Source: an uncultured Acidobacteriota bacterium
GTDB taxonomy: Bacteria > Acidobacteriota > Vicinamibacteria > Vicinamibacterales > CAVVIG01
Assembly (NCBI GenBank): GCA_963773035.1
Contig: CAVYZX010000026.1
Span: 70,151 to 134,150, forward strand
Direction: 5' to 3'
DNA length: 64,000 nt
Shown here: in pieces, positions 27,319 through 36,597 of the stretch
Numbering within the stretch: the first letter of the stretch is position 1
Layout of the letters: each line of letters starts with the position of its first letter
Translations under genes and position numbers: made by a program
Notes under the pieces: generated by a model
The model's database searches: none
What the model saw: the letters and a program-made list of their open reading frames with translations, nothing else
What the model was told of the DNA's origin: nothing

Positions 27319-28254
27319 CTACCGCGATTTGCTGCTTTCCGGCGTTCTCGTCACGTCGTTCTGAGGCTGCTTGTGGCCCTGTTCCCCAGGAAGAATCGTC
27401 GTGGTTTTGCCGTCAGCTCCGAGCACGTCGTTGCTCGTCAAGGCGCAGTCCCAATAGCGAATCCGATACTCGTAGTCGGCCTTGACGTAAGACATCGCGA
27501 CGTTCCATGGAGCGGTGAGGCCGACCGAATCGTACATGGTCGCCTGCACGACGATGCGGTCGGGCCGGCCGTTCTGGCCTTTGACGCGCTGCCACACCTC
27601 GATGCCCTGGAGCTCTGCGCTGTTGTCGGGATACCCACGCAAGTAGTCCGCAGCCTTGACGGCGGTCGTCCAGACGACGAGCTTGTCGCCGTCCCAGAAA
27701 CCGATTGAATCACCGAGCCATGTGTGCCCTTCAGGTGTGGCGTGAGGGCTGCCGTCGGTGTAGACGCGGCGCGTCTCGTTCATGTACTCCTGCATCAGCC
27801 ATTGCTGTTTCACACCGAGCGCGAATTCCTTGTGATAGGGCTCGACGAGCCAGCGCGGGTAGGCCGACGGCTCGCAGTGCGTCAGCCGGTCGTAGTAGAC
27901 CTCGCCGATCTCACGTTCCTGTCTTTGCTTTTCTTCGTAGTTGGCGCGATAGGCGGGCGAGAGCGGCGCGTCGACCGGATGGGCCATGCTCATGGTCGCG
28001 ATGCCCGACTGCCAGATCCCGGACCAGTCCGGAAGCGAGGTGACTGTATGTTTGGTGCCGCCGTTGGCGTTCTTGAGGAGAGCGTTGTAGTGCTCCTCGG
28101 CTGACGCATATCGCGCCGGCGGCTGAACAACCCGTTCACGCTGTTCCGGCAACGACCCAAGCGCCTCACGTTGCGCGAGCGCACTGGGCATGAACGCGAC
28201 GGCACAGGATAGACAGAGGCCGGCGAGCGCCAACGACCTGGTGAGAACCCTCAT
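27319..28254 (-). CDS. Exported 'WEGD-motif' family protein, subfamily C (W-D-G-D variant)
   Basis: Trimmed to MRVLTRSLALAGLCLSCAVAFMPSALAQ, with a GGAGG SD upstream. Motifs LPDWSGIWQ, THCEPSAYPRW, LGDSIGFWDGDKLVVWT, YWDCAL. Confidence 0.8.
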   Translation of the reverse strand: MRVLTRSLALAGLCLSCAVAFMPSALAQREALGSLPEQRERVVQPPARYASAEEHYNALLKNANGGTKHTVTSLPDWSGIWQSGIATMSMAHPVDAPLSPAYRANYEEKQRQEREIGEVYYDRLTHCEPSAYPRWLVEPYHKEFALGVKQQWLMQEYMNETRRVYTDGSPHATPEGHTWLGDSIGFWDGDKLVVWTTAVKAADYLRGYPDNSAELQGIEVWQRVKGQNGRPDRIVVQATMYDSVGLTAPWNVAMSYVKADYEYRIRYWDCALTSNDVLGADGKTTTILPGEQGHKQPQNDVTRTPESSKSR

Positions 28255-28411
28255 ACAACCTCCGGTTTCAGCGCTAAAGAATAACCAGTCGGTCCACCCC
28301 ACGCCACTTCCTTCAGTCACGACTCTGGAGCCCCGCTCAAGTCACTACCGCGGGAATGCGCCGGGACGTTCTAGTCCTGTGATGTGATCCGTCTAATATC
28401 ACCTCATATAT

Positions 28412-28440
28412 ATGATGTGTTATATTTACAATCACATCAT
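28412..28440. promoter_or_regulatory. Candidate operator: perfect 8-bp inverted repeat ATGATGTG-N13-CACATCAT in an AT-rich patch, overlapping the regulator's start codon
   Basis: Sequence is gatgtgatccgtctaatatcacctcatatatATGATGTGttatatttacaatCACATCATg. A second, smaller dyad (tgtgat..atcac) lies about 20 nt upstream. The surrounding DNA is strongly GC-rich. Confidence 0.45.
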
Positions 28441-29437
28441 GCACTCGAGAACGGACACGGTGCGAGGCCTCGTCGCACGCCGCGGCGTCGTGGCGAACCG
28501 CGACGTGGCCACGGCGCTCGGGGTGTCGCCCGCCACGAGCCACCGCTTGTTGCGCGCCCTGGTGAAAATCGGGATGCTCCAGCTCCACGGTCGTGGACCC
28601 GCGGCCCGCTATCGGCTGCGCCACGTCCGGCGTCGTTTCCCGCTGGCGGGGCTTGAAGAAGACAGAGTCTGGCGCCAGCTGGCCGGCGACATCGGCCGCA
28701 TTCGCCCGCTGTCTCCCGACGAGGAACACAGCCTCCAGTACGCCGCCAGCGAAATCATCAACAATGCCATCGACCATTCCGGGGGCGCCACCGCGGCCAT
28801 CACCGTCTCCTTCGAAGCCGGCGGCACGACGATCGCTACGATCCGGGACGACGGTGTGGGTGTGTTCCGCAAGGTTCGTGCGGATTTCGGCATCGGCACG
28901 CCCCAGGAGGCCATCGTGCAGCTCGAGAAAGGCAAGCTCACGAGCGACCCGTCGCGCCACAGCGGCGAAGGATTGTTCTTCTCCTCGAAAGCCGTCGCAC
29001 GGTTCCGACTCGAGAGCCAGGGGGTCGCGTGGATCGTCGACAACCTGGTGGGCGACAGCGCGGTAGGTGCGAGCGCAGTACGGAAGGGCACGCAGGTCGT
29101 GCTCACCGTGATTCACGGACGTACGCCCCGCCTGGAAGATGTGTTCCGCGTCTACACCGATCCCGACGTCCTCCGTTTCACGCGCACGCGGAGCACAATC
29201 AAGCTCGGCACGATCGGCGCGACTCTGATGTCGCGCTCGGAGGCACGGCGTGTCGTCCAGCGACTCACCGAGTTCACCCACGCAGTGCTCGACTTCTCCG
29301 GCGTCGATGTCGTCGGGCAAGGTTTCTGCGACGAGGTCTTCCGCGTGTTCGCACGCACGCACCCCGAGGTGACGCTTGAGCCCGTCGGAATGAACGACGC
29401 GGTGGCGTTCATGGTGGCGCGGGCGCGGGCGGCGTGA
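28439..29437 (+). CDS. wHTH - GHKL (HATPase_c-like) - STAS-like (DUF4325-like) fusion protein, putative regulator
   Basis: N-terminal LVARRGVVANRDVATALGVSPATSHRLLRALVKIG is an HTH. EIINNAIDHSGG...IRDDGVGV...GEGLFF are the N/G1/G2-like boxes of anti-sigma-kinase-type ATPases. The C-terminal LDFSGVDVVGQGFCDEVFRVF is STAS-like. Confidence 0.65.
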   Translation: MHSRTDTVRGLVARRGVVANRDVATALGVSPATSHRLLRALVKIGMLQLHGRGPAARYRLRHVRRRFPLAGLEEDRVWRQLAGDIGRIRPLSPDEEHSLQYAASEIINNAIDHSGGATAAITVSFEAGGTTIATIRDDGVGVFRKVRADFGIGTPQEAIVQLEKGKLTSDPSRHSGEGLFFSSKAVARFRLESQGVAWIVDNLVGDSAVGASAVRKGTQVVLTVIHGRTPRLEDVFRVYTDPDVLRFTRTRSTIKLGTIGATLMSRSEARRVVQRLTEFTHAVLDFSGVDVVGQGFCDEVFRVFARTHPEVTLEPVGMNDAVAFMVARARAA

Positions 29438-29517
29438 CACGTCACTTGCATTCTCGGCGGTTCTCAGGCGAAGCTGTCCCTGCGATTCGGGCCGCGGGCA
29501 ACGGAGGCTGGTGAACA

Positions 29518-31461
29518 ATGGCCAAACCTACCGACAACGGAGTCGATCGTCGAGTGTTCATCAGACAGGCGGCCACGGGAGCTGCCGCGCTGACATCGAC
29601 CTCTGCGATCGCCGGCGGCCGGCCCGATGACTCTCAAGCTCCTGCTGCGGACACGACGGGAGCAGCTCAGGGCGGGGCGCCACGCGAAGCGGAAGTCTTG
29701 ACCCAGAGCTCGAGCGGCTCCGACTACATGGTGGATGTCCTCAAGTCGCTCGGCCTCGACTACGTCTGCGCCAACCCCGGATCGTCGTTCCGCGGCCTGC
29801 ACGAGTCGGTGGTCAACCACGGTGGGAATACGAGTCCCGAGTTCATCACCTGTTGTCACGAAGAGTCGTCAGTAGCGATGGCGCACGGCTACTTCAAGGT
29901 CGAAGGAAAACCGCTCGGCGTCTTCGCGCACGGCACCGTCGGCCTGCAGCACGCGTCGATGGCGATCTACAACGCGTACTGCGATCGAGTTCCGGTCTAC
30001 ATCGTGCTCGGCAACACGCTCGACGCGACGATGCGGCAGCCGGGCTTCGAGTGGTTGCACAGCGTGCAGGACGCGGCCGCGATGGTGCGCGACTACACGA
30101 AATGGGACGACACGCCAGCCTCGTTGCAGCACTTCGGCGAGTCGGCGGTTCGCGCCTACAAGATCGCGATGACGCCGCCGTACGGACCGGTCGTGATCGT
30201 CGCCGACACCGAGCTGCAGGAGAGGCCGCCAGCGGAAGAATCGACGCTGCGAGTGCCGAAGCTGACGCTCGCCGCACCGCCACAGGGCGATTCCGGCGCC
30301 GTCGCGGAAGTGGCGCGCCTGCTCGTCGCTGCCGAGAATCCGGTGCTCGTTGCCGACAAGATGGCGCGCACTGCCGCAGGGCTGCAACACCTGATCGAGC
30401 TTGCGGAGCTGTTGCAGGCGGCCGTCATCAGCCAGAACGGCCGCATGAATTTTCCGTCCCAGCACCCGCTGAACCACTCGATGCGGAGTGAAGCGGCAGT
30501 CGGTGATGGCGACATGATCCTCGCCCTCGAGGCCGCCAACTTCTTCGGCGCCCTCCACGGCTTCCGCGATCAGCTGCACCGCACCTTCCGGCCGCTTACG
30601 AAGAGTGGAGTCAAGCTGGCCAGCATCACCGCCGGTGATCTTTACCTGAAGGCCAATTACCAGGACTTTCAACGCTACCCCGAGGTGGACGTCGCAATCG
30701 CCGCCGATGCGGAAGCGACACTCCCTTCCTTGATCGAAGCGGTCAAACGGCTGATCACCGACGACCGCCGCCGGGCGTTCCAGGAACGAGGAGCACGGCT
30801 GGCCGCCGCCAGCCAGGCGTCGTTCGAACGCGCGCGCACCGACGCCTCGTACGGATGGGACGCCAGCCCGATCAGCACGGCACGCGCGGCCGCGGAGCTG
30901 TGGGCGCAGATTCGCACCGAGGACTGGGCGCTCGTGTCGGCCTCGGTTGGTCCGTCGGCCGCCGGCTGGGCCGGGTGGCCGCAGCGGTTGTGGAAGTTCG
31001 AGAAGCACTACCACCACATCGGCAGCACGGGCGCCGCCGGCATCGGCTACGGCGCACCGGCCACCGTGGGAGCGGCGTTGGCGAACCGCAAGTACGGCCG
31101 GTTGTCGGTGAGCATTCAGAACGACGGCGATCTCATGTACGGCCCGGGCGCGCTCTGGACCGCCGCTCATCACCGAATCCCGCTGCTGATCGTCATGAAC
31201 AACAACCGGGCGTATCACGAGGAAGTGATGCACCTGCAGCGGATGGCCGGCCGCCGCAGCCGAGGGATCGATCGTGCGGGCCTCGGGACGACGATGGAGA
31301 ACCCGACGATCGATTTCGCAAAACTCGCGCAGAGTCTTGGCGTTTACGCCGAGGGACCGGTATCGAACCCGCGCGATCTCGGACCGGCCATCAAACGTGC
31401 GCTCGACGTCGTGAAGCGCGGGGAGCCAGCGCTGGTAGACGCGGTGATGCAGCCTCGGTAA
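29518..31461 (+). CDS. Thiamine-pyrophosphate-dependent enzyme (acetolactate-synthase-like fold) with an N-terminal Tat-type signal
   Basis: MAKPTDNGVDRRVFIRQAATGAAALTSTSAIAGG, then the TPP_enzyme_N pattern (DYMVDVLKSLGLDYVCANPGSS), and a C-terminal GIGYGAPATVGAALA...IQNDGDLMY TPP-binding motif. Confidence 0.8.
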   Translation: MAKPTDNGVDRRVFIRQAATGAAALTSTSAIAGGRPDDSQAPAADTTGAAQGGAPREAEVLTQSSSGSDYMVDVLKSLGLDYVCANPGSSFRGLHESVVNHGGNTSPEFITCCHEESSVAMAHGYFKVEGKPLGVFAHGTVGLQHASMAIYNAYCDRVPVYIVLGNTLDATMRQPGFEWLHSVQDAAAMVRDYTKWDDTPASLQHFGESAVRAYKIAMTPPYGPVVIVADTELQERPPAEESTLRVPKLTLAAPPQGDSGAVAEVARLLVAAENPVLVADKMARTAAGLQHLIELAELLQAAVISQNGRMNFPSQHPLNHSMRSEAAVGDGDMILALEAANFFGALHGFRDQLHRTFRPLTKSGVKLASITAGDLYLKANYQDFQRYPEVDVAIAADAEATLPSLIEAVKRLITDDRRRAFQERGARLAAASQASFERARTDASYGWDASPISTARAAAELWAQIRTEDWALVSASVGPSAAGWAGWPQRLWKFEKHYHHIGSTGAAGIGYGAPATVGAALANRKYGRLSVSIQNDGDLMYGPGALWTAAHHRIPLLIVMNNNRAYHEEVMHLQRMAGRRSRGIDRAGLGTTMENPTIDFAKLAQSLGVYAEGPVSNPRDLGPAIKRALDVVKRGEPALVDAVMQPR

Positions 31462-31471
31462 GAACCCCCTG

Positions 31472-32512
31472 CTAGCGGCTCGATTCCTTCTCTTGTGCGC
31501 GTGCGCCGGTCAGGATTCCCTCGAGGCCGGTATTGTCTTCATGACACGCGTATTCGTAAATCTGTTCGCTCGTGTGCTTCAACGGAATCATCACGGTCCA
31601 CGGCCTCACCCAAGTGGCCGGATCGTCGAACGTCACTTCGTACTTGATCGTGTCCGCCGCCACTCGGGTGAGACGCTCCGTGACATGCAGGTTTTCAGTC
31701 GACCCCATGAGGCGACTCTTGGGTGAGTAGTTCTTCGTGTCGATGACGAGCGTGTCGCCCTCCCAGTGTCCCCGTGAGTCGCCCAGCCATTGCTGGATGT
31801 TCGAACCGACGTGCGGCCGGTTGTCGAGCGGAATGATCCGCGAGTCGTGAATCGTCTCCATCGTGATCACGACATGGTCGCGGGTCTGCTGGATCTGATA
31901 GTAGCTGTTGTAGCCGGCACCAAGGCGCGGGGAGCCGAACGTGATGCAGCGCTCGGACAGGCTGCGATCTTCCCACGAGTCTGCGAGCGGACTGTCGAAG
32001 CTTGGCGCGGGTCTGGCGGCAGCACGTCGCTGCGCTTCCGGGGTGAGCGCAGGAATCCGACCGTCGGCCGGGTCGGTAATCAGCGACGTGCGGTTGTCGA
32101 ATTCTCGTTCGACCAACCAGAAATGATTGTAGTCGCCGGTGCGGCCGTCGACCGAGGTGAACGATTTCGCGCGCTCGAGCGCAGCTTCGAACACGCTGTC
32201 ACCGAACGCGGCGTCGCCATCGCCGCTGAAGAGCTCGGCGGCAGCGGCCTTCACGGCTGCCAGCTCCTCGGGCGTCAGCACCGCCTTGCCGGCAAGCGAC
32301 GGTGGCCGTTGCAGCGGCGTCGCCACGTTGTTCCCCCAGACGCCCTGCAGATCGGGCTGACCATCGACGGTACGAGAAACCGTCCACCGGCCGTCCTTTG
32401 CAGCAGGCGCCTTGCTTGTCGATTGCGCCAGGACCGAAGGCGATATCCACGTCAACGGGCCCGCACCGAACACTGTCAATGTTGCGATGATTACGACGTG
32501 TTGTCGGCTCAT
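31472..32512 (-). CDS. Exported 'WEGD-motif' family protein, subfamily A
   Basis: Trimmed to MSRQHVVIIATLTVFGAGPL. Motifs VDGQPDLQGVWGN, ERCITFG, RIIPLDNRPH, GDSRGHWEGDTLVIDT, LHVTERLTRV, EYACHEDN. Confidence 0.85.
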   Translation of the reverse strand: MSRQHVVIIATLTVFGAGPLTWISPSVLAQSTSKAPAAKDGRWTVSRTVDGQPDLQGVWGNNVATPLQRPPSLAGKAVLTPEELAAVKAAAAELFSGDGDAAFGDSVFEAALERAKSFTSVDGRTGDYNHFWLVEREFDNRTSLITDPADGRIPALTPEAQRRAAARPAPSFDSPLADSWEDRSLSERCITFGSPRLGAGYNSYYQIQQTRDHVVITMETIHDSRIIPLDNRPHVGSNIQQWLGDSRGHWEGDTLVIDTKNYSPKSRLMGSTENLHVTERLTRVAADTIKYEVTFDDPATWVRPWTVMIPLKHTSEQIYEYACHEDNTGLEGILTGARAQEKESSR

Positions 32513-32580
32513 GTGAAGCTCCTTGCTTCTCACCTCACAGAAAGCGCTCGTCTTGTCGCCCCATCTGGTTTGGTTGCAAA

Positions 32581-33390
32581 TCAAGGGGTGGCGATGGGCG
32601 TGGTCGCCATGCCTTCTGTGATCTCGATCTCAGTGCCCCACGGGTCGGTGATGTAGACGATTCGGAGACCCGATGCGTTGGCGCTGTTGCGGATGGCGGC
32701 ATCGGTTTTGATGCCCGCTGCCTGCAACTTAGCGACGAAGGCATCGATGTTCTTCACCTCGAATCCGATGTGATCGACCGAGCGGCCCTTTGTCGGAGCC
32801 TGGGCCGTTTCCGCTTTGGCCATCGCGATTTCCGTGCCCGGCACGTTGGCCGTCTCGAACGGACCTCGCTTCCCTGCCACGGCGCCAAAGGTCTGCACGT
32901 ACCACTTCTGTGCTTCCAGCGGATCCGGAACGCTCAGATGAATATGGTGCATTTGAATCGGTGCAGAAATCGATGTGTTTTCGTAGATCTCAATCCGGAC
33001 ATTGTCGGGGCCCGTCAGAAATCCCTGACCGACCTGCGGGTTGTTCGCTGGTTCCCACGTCAAGCCGGCCGCCTTCCATTTGGCGACCGAACCGGCAAAG
33101 TCTCTGACGTAGAAGCCGAAGTGATTCATCGTCGATCCAACCGTCCCTCCGGTGGGATCCTGTTTCCGAAGCAGGATGTAGATGCCTGGAAACTGGACCA
33201 TCGTGAGCTTCTCGCGCTGCACGATGATGCCGCCGACGGTCGTCCAGAAACGCGACTGGACGTCCACATCAGTCGCATTGAGGTGGATGTGTCCGATGGC
33301 TGCGCCGGCGGCGTTGGGCGGCGCGAGTTGGGCGAACGCGGGCGTCGGAATGAGTGCGGCAAGAGCGAGCAGGAGAAGAGGTGTCTTCAT
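32581..33390 (-). CDS. VOC (glyoxalase/bleomycin-resistance/dioxygenase) family protein, two domains, exported
   Basis: Signal peptide MKTPLLLLALAALIPTPAFA. Repeated IGHIHLNA / MHHIHLSV / VDHIGFEV beta-alpha-beta-beta-beta module starts. Confidence 0.8.
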   Translation of the reverse strand: MKTPLLLLALAALIPTPAFAQLAPPNAAGAAIGHIHLNATDVDVQSRFWTTVGGIIVQREKLTMVQFPGIYILLRKQDPTGGTVGSTMNHFGFYVRDFAGSVAKWKAAGLTWEPANNPQVGQGFLTGPDNVRIEIYENTSISAPIQMHHIHLSVPDPLEAQKWYVQTFGAVAGKRGPFETANVPGTEIAMAKAETAQAPTKGRSVDHIGFEVKNIDAFVAKLQAAGIKTDAAIRNSANASGLRIVYITDPWGTEIEITEGMATTPIATP

Positions 33391-33483
33391 AGCGGTCTAC
33401 TCTATCAGCTTGAGAAGTGACGTGAGCATCGAGTCTTGCCGGAGCGACACGAAGGTCGTATGCTCCAAGCGGTCTCAGCGAAA

Positions 33484-33891
33484 ATGATGCGCTCAGCGAT
33501 TGTCGTCTCCGTGCTTGTCTGCAGCATCGCCACTCCGCGTGCTGAAGCCGGTCAGCAGACAGCCGCGCCAACGGGTCAGGCAAGTGGCGCAGCACAATCC
33601 ACCGCGGCCACAAGTACCGGCAACGCTGACGCAGGTCGCGACACGTATGTGAAGAAAGGTTGCCATGCGTGCCACGGTCGCGAAGGCCAGGGCTCGCCGA
33701 CCGCCGGATCGCGGCTCGGACCGAATCCCACGGCGCTCGCGGCATTCACGCGCTACGTCCGCGCGCCGCGCGGAACGATGCCGCCGTACACCGAAAAGGT
33801 GCTATCGGACCGAGAGCTGGCAGACATCCACGCGTTTCTGCAGGCGAGGCCGCGTCCTGTGTCGATCGACAGCGTCCTGCCGCCCAAGTAG
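33484..33891 (+). CDS. Class I c-type cytochrome, exported
   Basis: Signal peptide MMRSAIVVSVLVCSIATPRAEA. Single CHACHG heme-binding site and a distal M-P-P-Y Met ligand region. Starts at 33436 or 33460 are also possible. Confidence 0.8.
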   Translation: MMRSAIVVSVLVCSIATPRAEAGQQTAAPTGQASGAAQSTAATSTGNADAGRDTYVKKGCHACHGREGQGSPTAGSRLGPNPTALAAFTRYVRAPRGTMPPYTEKVLSDRELADIHAFLQARPRPVSIDSVLPPK

Positions 33892-33936
33892 GCGCGGCGG
33901 CCCTCCGTCTGGCTATACTTTGCCCGGCCCCAACAG

Positions 33937-36588
33937 ATGGCGCTGCAGCCCGGCACTCGCCTCGAATCCTATGAAGTCGTCGCCGCGCTTGGCGCTGGCG
34001 GCATGGGAGAGGTGTATCGCGCCCGCGACTGCACCCTCAACCGCGACGTTGCGCTGAAGATTCTGCCGGAGCTGTTTGCCAGCGACCCGGATCGGCTGGC
34101 GCGCTTCACGCGCGAGGCGCAGATGCTGGCCGCTCTCAATCACCCAAACATCGCGCAGATCTATGGAGTGGTCGAGAGCCCACCGATTGCAGGACGCGCC
34201 ATGACCCGCGCGCTCGTCATGGAGTTGGTCGAGGGCGAGGATCTCGCCCAGCGCCTCGTCCGCGGTCCTATCCCCGTCAAAGAGGCCTTGACCATCGCGC
34301 AACAGGTCGTTGACGCGCTCGATACCGCGCACGAGCGAGGCATCGTTCACCGCGACCTGAAGCCCGCCAATATCAAGGTCGCTCCGGCCGGAACGGTGAA
34401 GATTCTCGATTTTGGGCTGGCCAAGAAGTGGGAGCCGGCACAGGAGACGACGTCGGGCCTCTCTAACACACCGACAGCGTTCGACATCACCGTGTCCGGG
34501 GCGATCCTGGGCACCCCTGCCTACATGTCGCCGGAGCAGGCACGTGGCAAGCCGGCCGACCGTGCCGCGGACGTCTGGGCCTTTGCGTGCCTGCTGTACG
34601 AGATGCTCACGGGCATCAAAGCTTTCAGCGGAGAGACGGCCACCGACACTCTTGCTGCCATCGTGACAGCCGAACCTGACTGGGGCGCTCTGCGGAGTGA
34701 TGTCCCACCCTCGATCCAGCGTCTGTTGCGCCGGTGTCTCGCAAAGGATCGTCGTCTTCGCCTGCGCGACGCGGGAGCCGTGCTGCTGGAATTGACTGAA
34801 GTTCCCCTGGACAGAACCACTCCGCTGGCGACACCCGCGCGCGAGCGATGGGCATGGATCGGAGTGACCGCCCTTCTTGCTTCAGCGGCCCTCGGGACGC
34901 TGATGTTCGCACGTCGTCCCGCGGCCGCGGCGCCAGAACTTCGCGTTGAGATCAGCACACCACCGACCGAAGACGAGCTGTCGCTAGCCCTGTCTGCGGA
35001 CGGGCAGAAGATTGTGTTTGCGGCGGCGGCGGCCGGCGGTGAGTCGCAACTCTGGCTGCGATCGCTTGACTCGAGCGCGGCTCGACCCCTCAGCGGGACT
35101 AATGGGGCCACCTATCCGTTCTGGTCGCCAGACGGACGAGCCGTCGCATTCTTCGCAGACAACAAGATCAAGCGGATTGACGTCGCCGGTGGGCCGCCCC
35201 AGACACTGGTCAGTACGTCCCCCGGCCGCGGCGGCGCATGGAATACCTCGGGTGTGATCGTGTTTGCCGCAACAGACGGCCCTCTCCGTCGTGTGTCCGA
35301 GAAGGGGGGCGAATCGACGCCGCTGACTCGCGTGGAAACGCCGCAACAACTGAATCACCGGTTCCCGCAGTTCCTGCCTGACGGGCAACATTTCCTGTTC
35401 TACGTGCGCGGTGCTCCTGAAGTACAGGGCATTTACGTCGCCTCGCTGGACGGAGCGCCGATGCGGCGACTGCTCGATGCCGATCCAGCAACCCCATACT
35501 ACACAGCGCGTCATTTGCTCTTCATCAGGCAGGGCGCGCTGCTCGCGCAGCCATTCGACGTGGATCGGCTCGAGCTCAACGGCAGCCCGTTTCCGGTCGC
35601 CGAACCAATCGCAGTCGATCCGGTCGGCCTCGGCGCGCCTCTTTCGGTGGCGGCGGCGGGCTCGCTCGCTTTTCGGCCGACCGTGGGCGGCCGGCGGCAC
35701 CAACTGATCTGGTTCGATCGCAAGGGGCACGAGATCAGCACGGTCGGAAACCCCGACACCGCAACTCCTCTTCATCCCGAGCTCTCCTCTGACGGCCGGC
35801 GTGTGGCGATCTCACGAAGCGTCAACGGGAACGTGGATATCTGGCTGCTCGAGACAGATCGGGGCCTCTTGAATCCCTTGACGTTCGACGCAGCCGTTGA
35901 CGACTTTCCACTTTGGTCCCCAGACGGCCATCAAATCGTGTTCACCTCGAACCGGAAGGGCGCCTTCGATCTCTACCGTAAGGCGACCAACGGAGAGGAT
36001 GGCGAAGATCTGCTTCTGTCCGCTCCCAACTTCAAAAGTGCCACTGACTGGTCTCGAGACGGTCGCTTCATCCTCTTCCGCATGACCAGCCCGGAAACAG
36101 GTTACGACCTGTGGGCCCTGCCGATCGGCGGCGACAACAAACCGATCCCGATCGCTCGAACCAATGCTGAAGAGCGCGACGGTCAGTTTTCGCCGGACGG
36201 CAAGTGGATCGCATACCAGTCGAACGAGTCGGGCCGCTTCGAGATCTACCTACAGGCGTTTCCAGGACCAGGGACCAAGTCGCGGATTTCGACAAACGGC
36301 GGCGCGCAGGTCCGCTGGCGGCAGGATTCCAGGGAACTGTTCTACGTTGCGCTGGACGGACAGTTGATGGCAGTGCCGATCCGTCTCGACTCAAACAGTC
36401 AGACCGTCGAGGCAGGGGCTCCGACCGCACTGTTCCGGACGCGTGGGGTTGGAGGAGCTGTGCGAGGCGTAAACCGCCAGCAATACGTCGTGTCCCCGGA
36501 CGGCCAACGGTTCCTGATCAATGCGCTCTCAGAGGAAAGCGTCGTTGCTCCAATCACGCTCATCCTCAACTGGAGGCCGGGCCGGTGA
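33937..36588 (+). CDS. Ser/Thr protein kinase fused to a TM segment and TolB-like beta-propeller repeats
   Basis: GAGGMGEVYRARD..VALK, HRDLKPANI, DFGLA and SPEQ kinase motifs. A TM helix at about residue 310. Repeated ...SPDG..(I/V)AF... propeller blades follow. Confidence 0.9.
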   Translation: MALQPGTRLESYEVVAALGAGGMGEVYRARDCTLNRDVALKILPELFASDPDRLARFTREAQMLAALNHPNIAQIYGVVESPPIAGRAMTRALVMELVEGEDLAQRLVRGPIPVKEALTIAQQVVDALDTAHERGIVHRDLKPANIKVAPAGTVKILDFGLAKKWEPAQETTSGLSNTPTAFDITVSGAILGTPAYMSPEQARGKPADRAADVWAFACLLYEMLTGIKAFSGETATDTLAAIVTAEPDWGALRSDVPPSIQRLLRRCLAKDRRLRLRDAGAVLLELTEVPLDRTTPLATPARERWAWIGVTALLASAALGTLMFARRPAAAAPELRVEISTPPTEDELSLALSADGQKIVFAAAAAGGESQLWLRSLDSSAARPLSGTNGATYPFWSPDGRAVAFFADNKIKRIDVAGGPPQTLVSTSPGRGGAWNTSGVIVFAATDGPLRRVSEKGGESTPLTRVETPQQLNHRFPQFLPDGQHFLFYVRGAPEVQGIYVASLDGAPMRRLLDADPATPYYTARHLLFIRQGALLAQPFDVDRLELNGSPFPVAEPIAVDPVGLGAPLSVAAAGSLAFRPTVGGRRHQLIWFDRKGHEISTVGNPDTATPLHPELSSDGRRVAISRSVNGNVDIWLLETDRGLLNPLTFDAAVDDFPLWSPDGHQIVFTSNRKGAFDLYRKATNGEDGEDLLLSAPNFKSATDWSRDGRFILFRMTSPETGYDLWALPIGGDNKPIPIARTNAEERDGQFSPDGKWIAYQSNESGRFEIYLQAFPGPGTKSRISTNGGAQVRWRQDSRELFYVALDGQLMAVPIRLDSNSQTVEAGAPTALFRTRGVGGAVRGVNRQQYVVSPDGQRFLINALSEESVVAPITLILNWRPGR

Positions 36589-36597
36589 TGCGACCCT

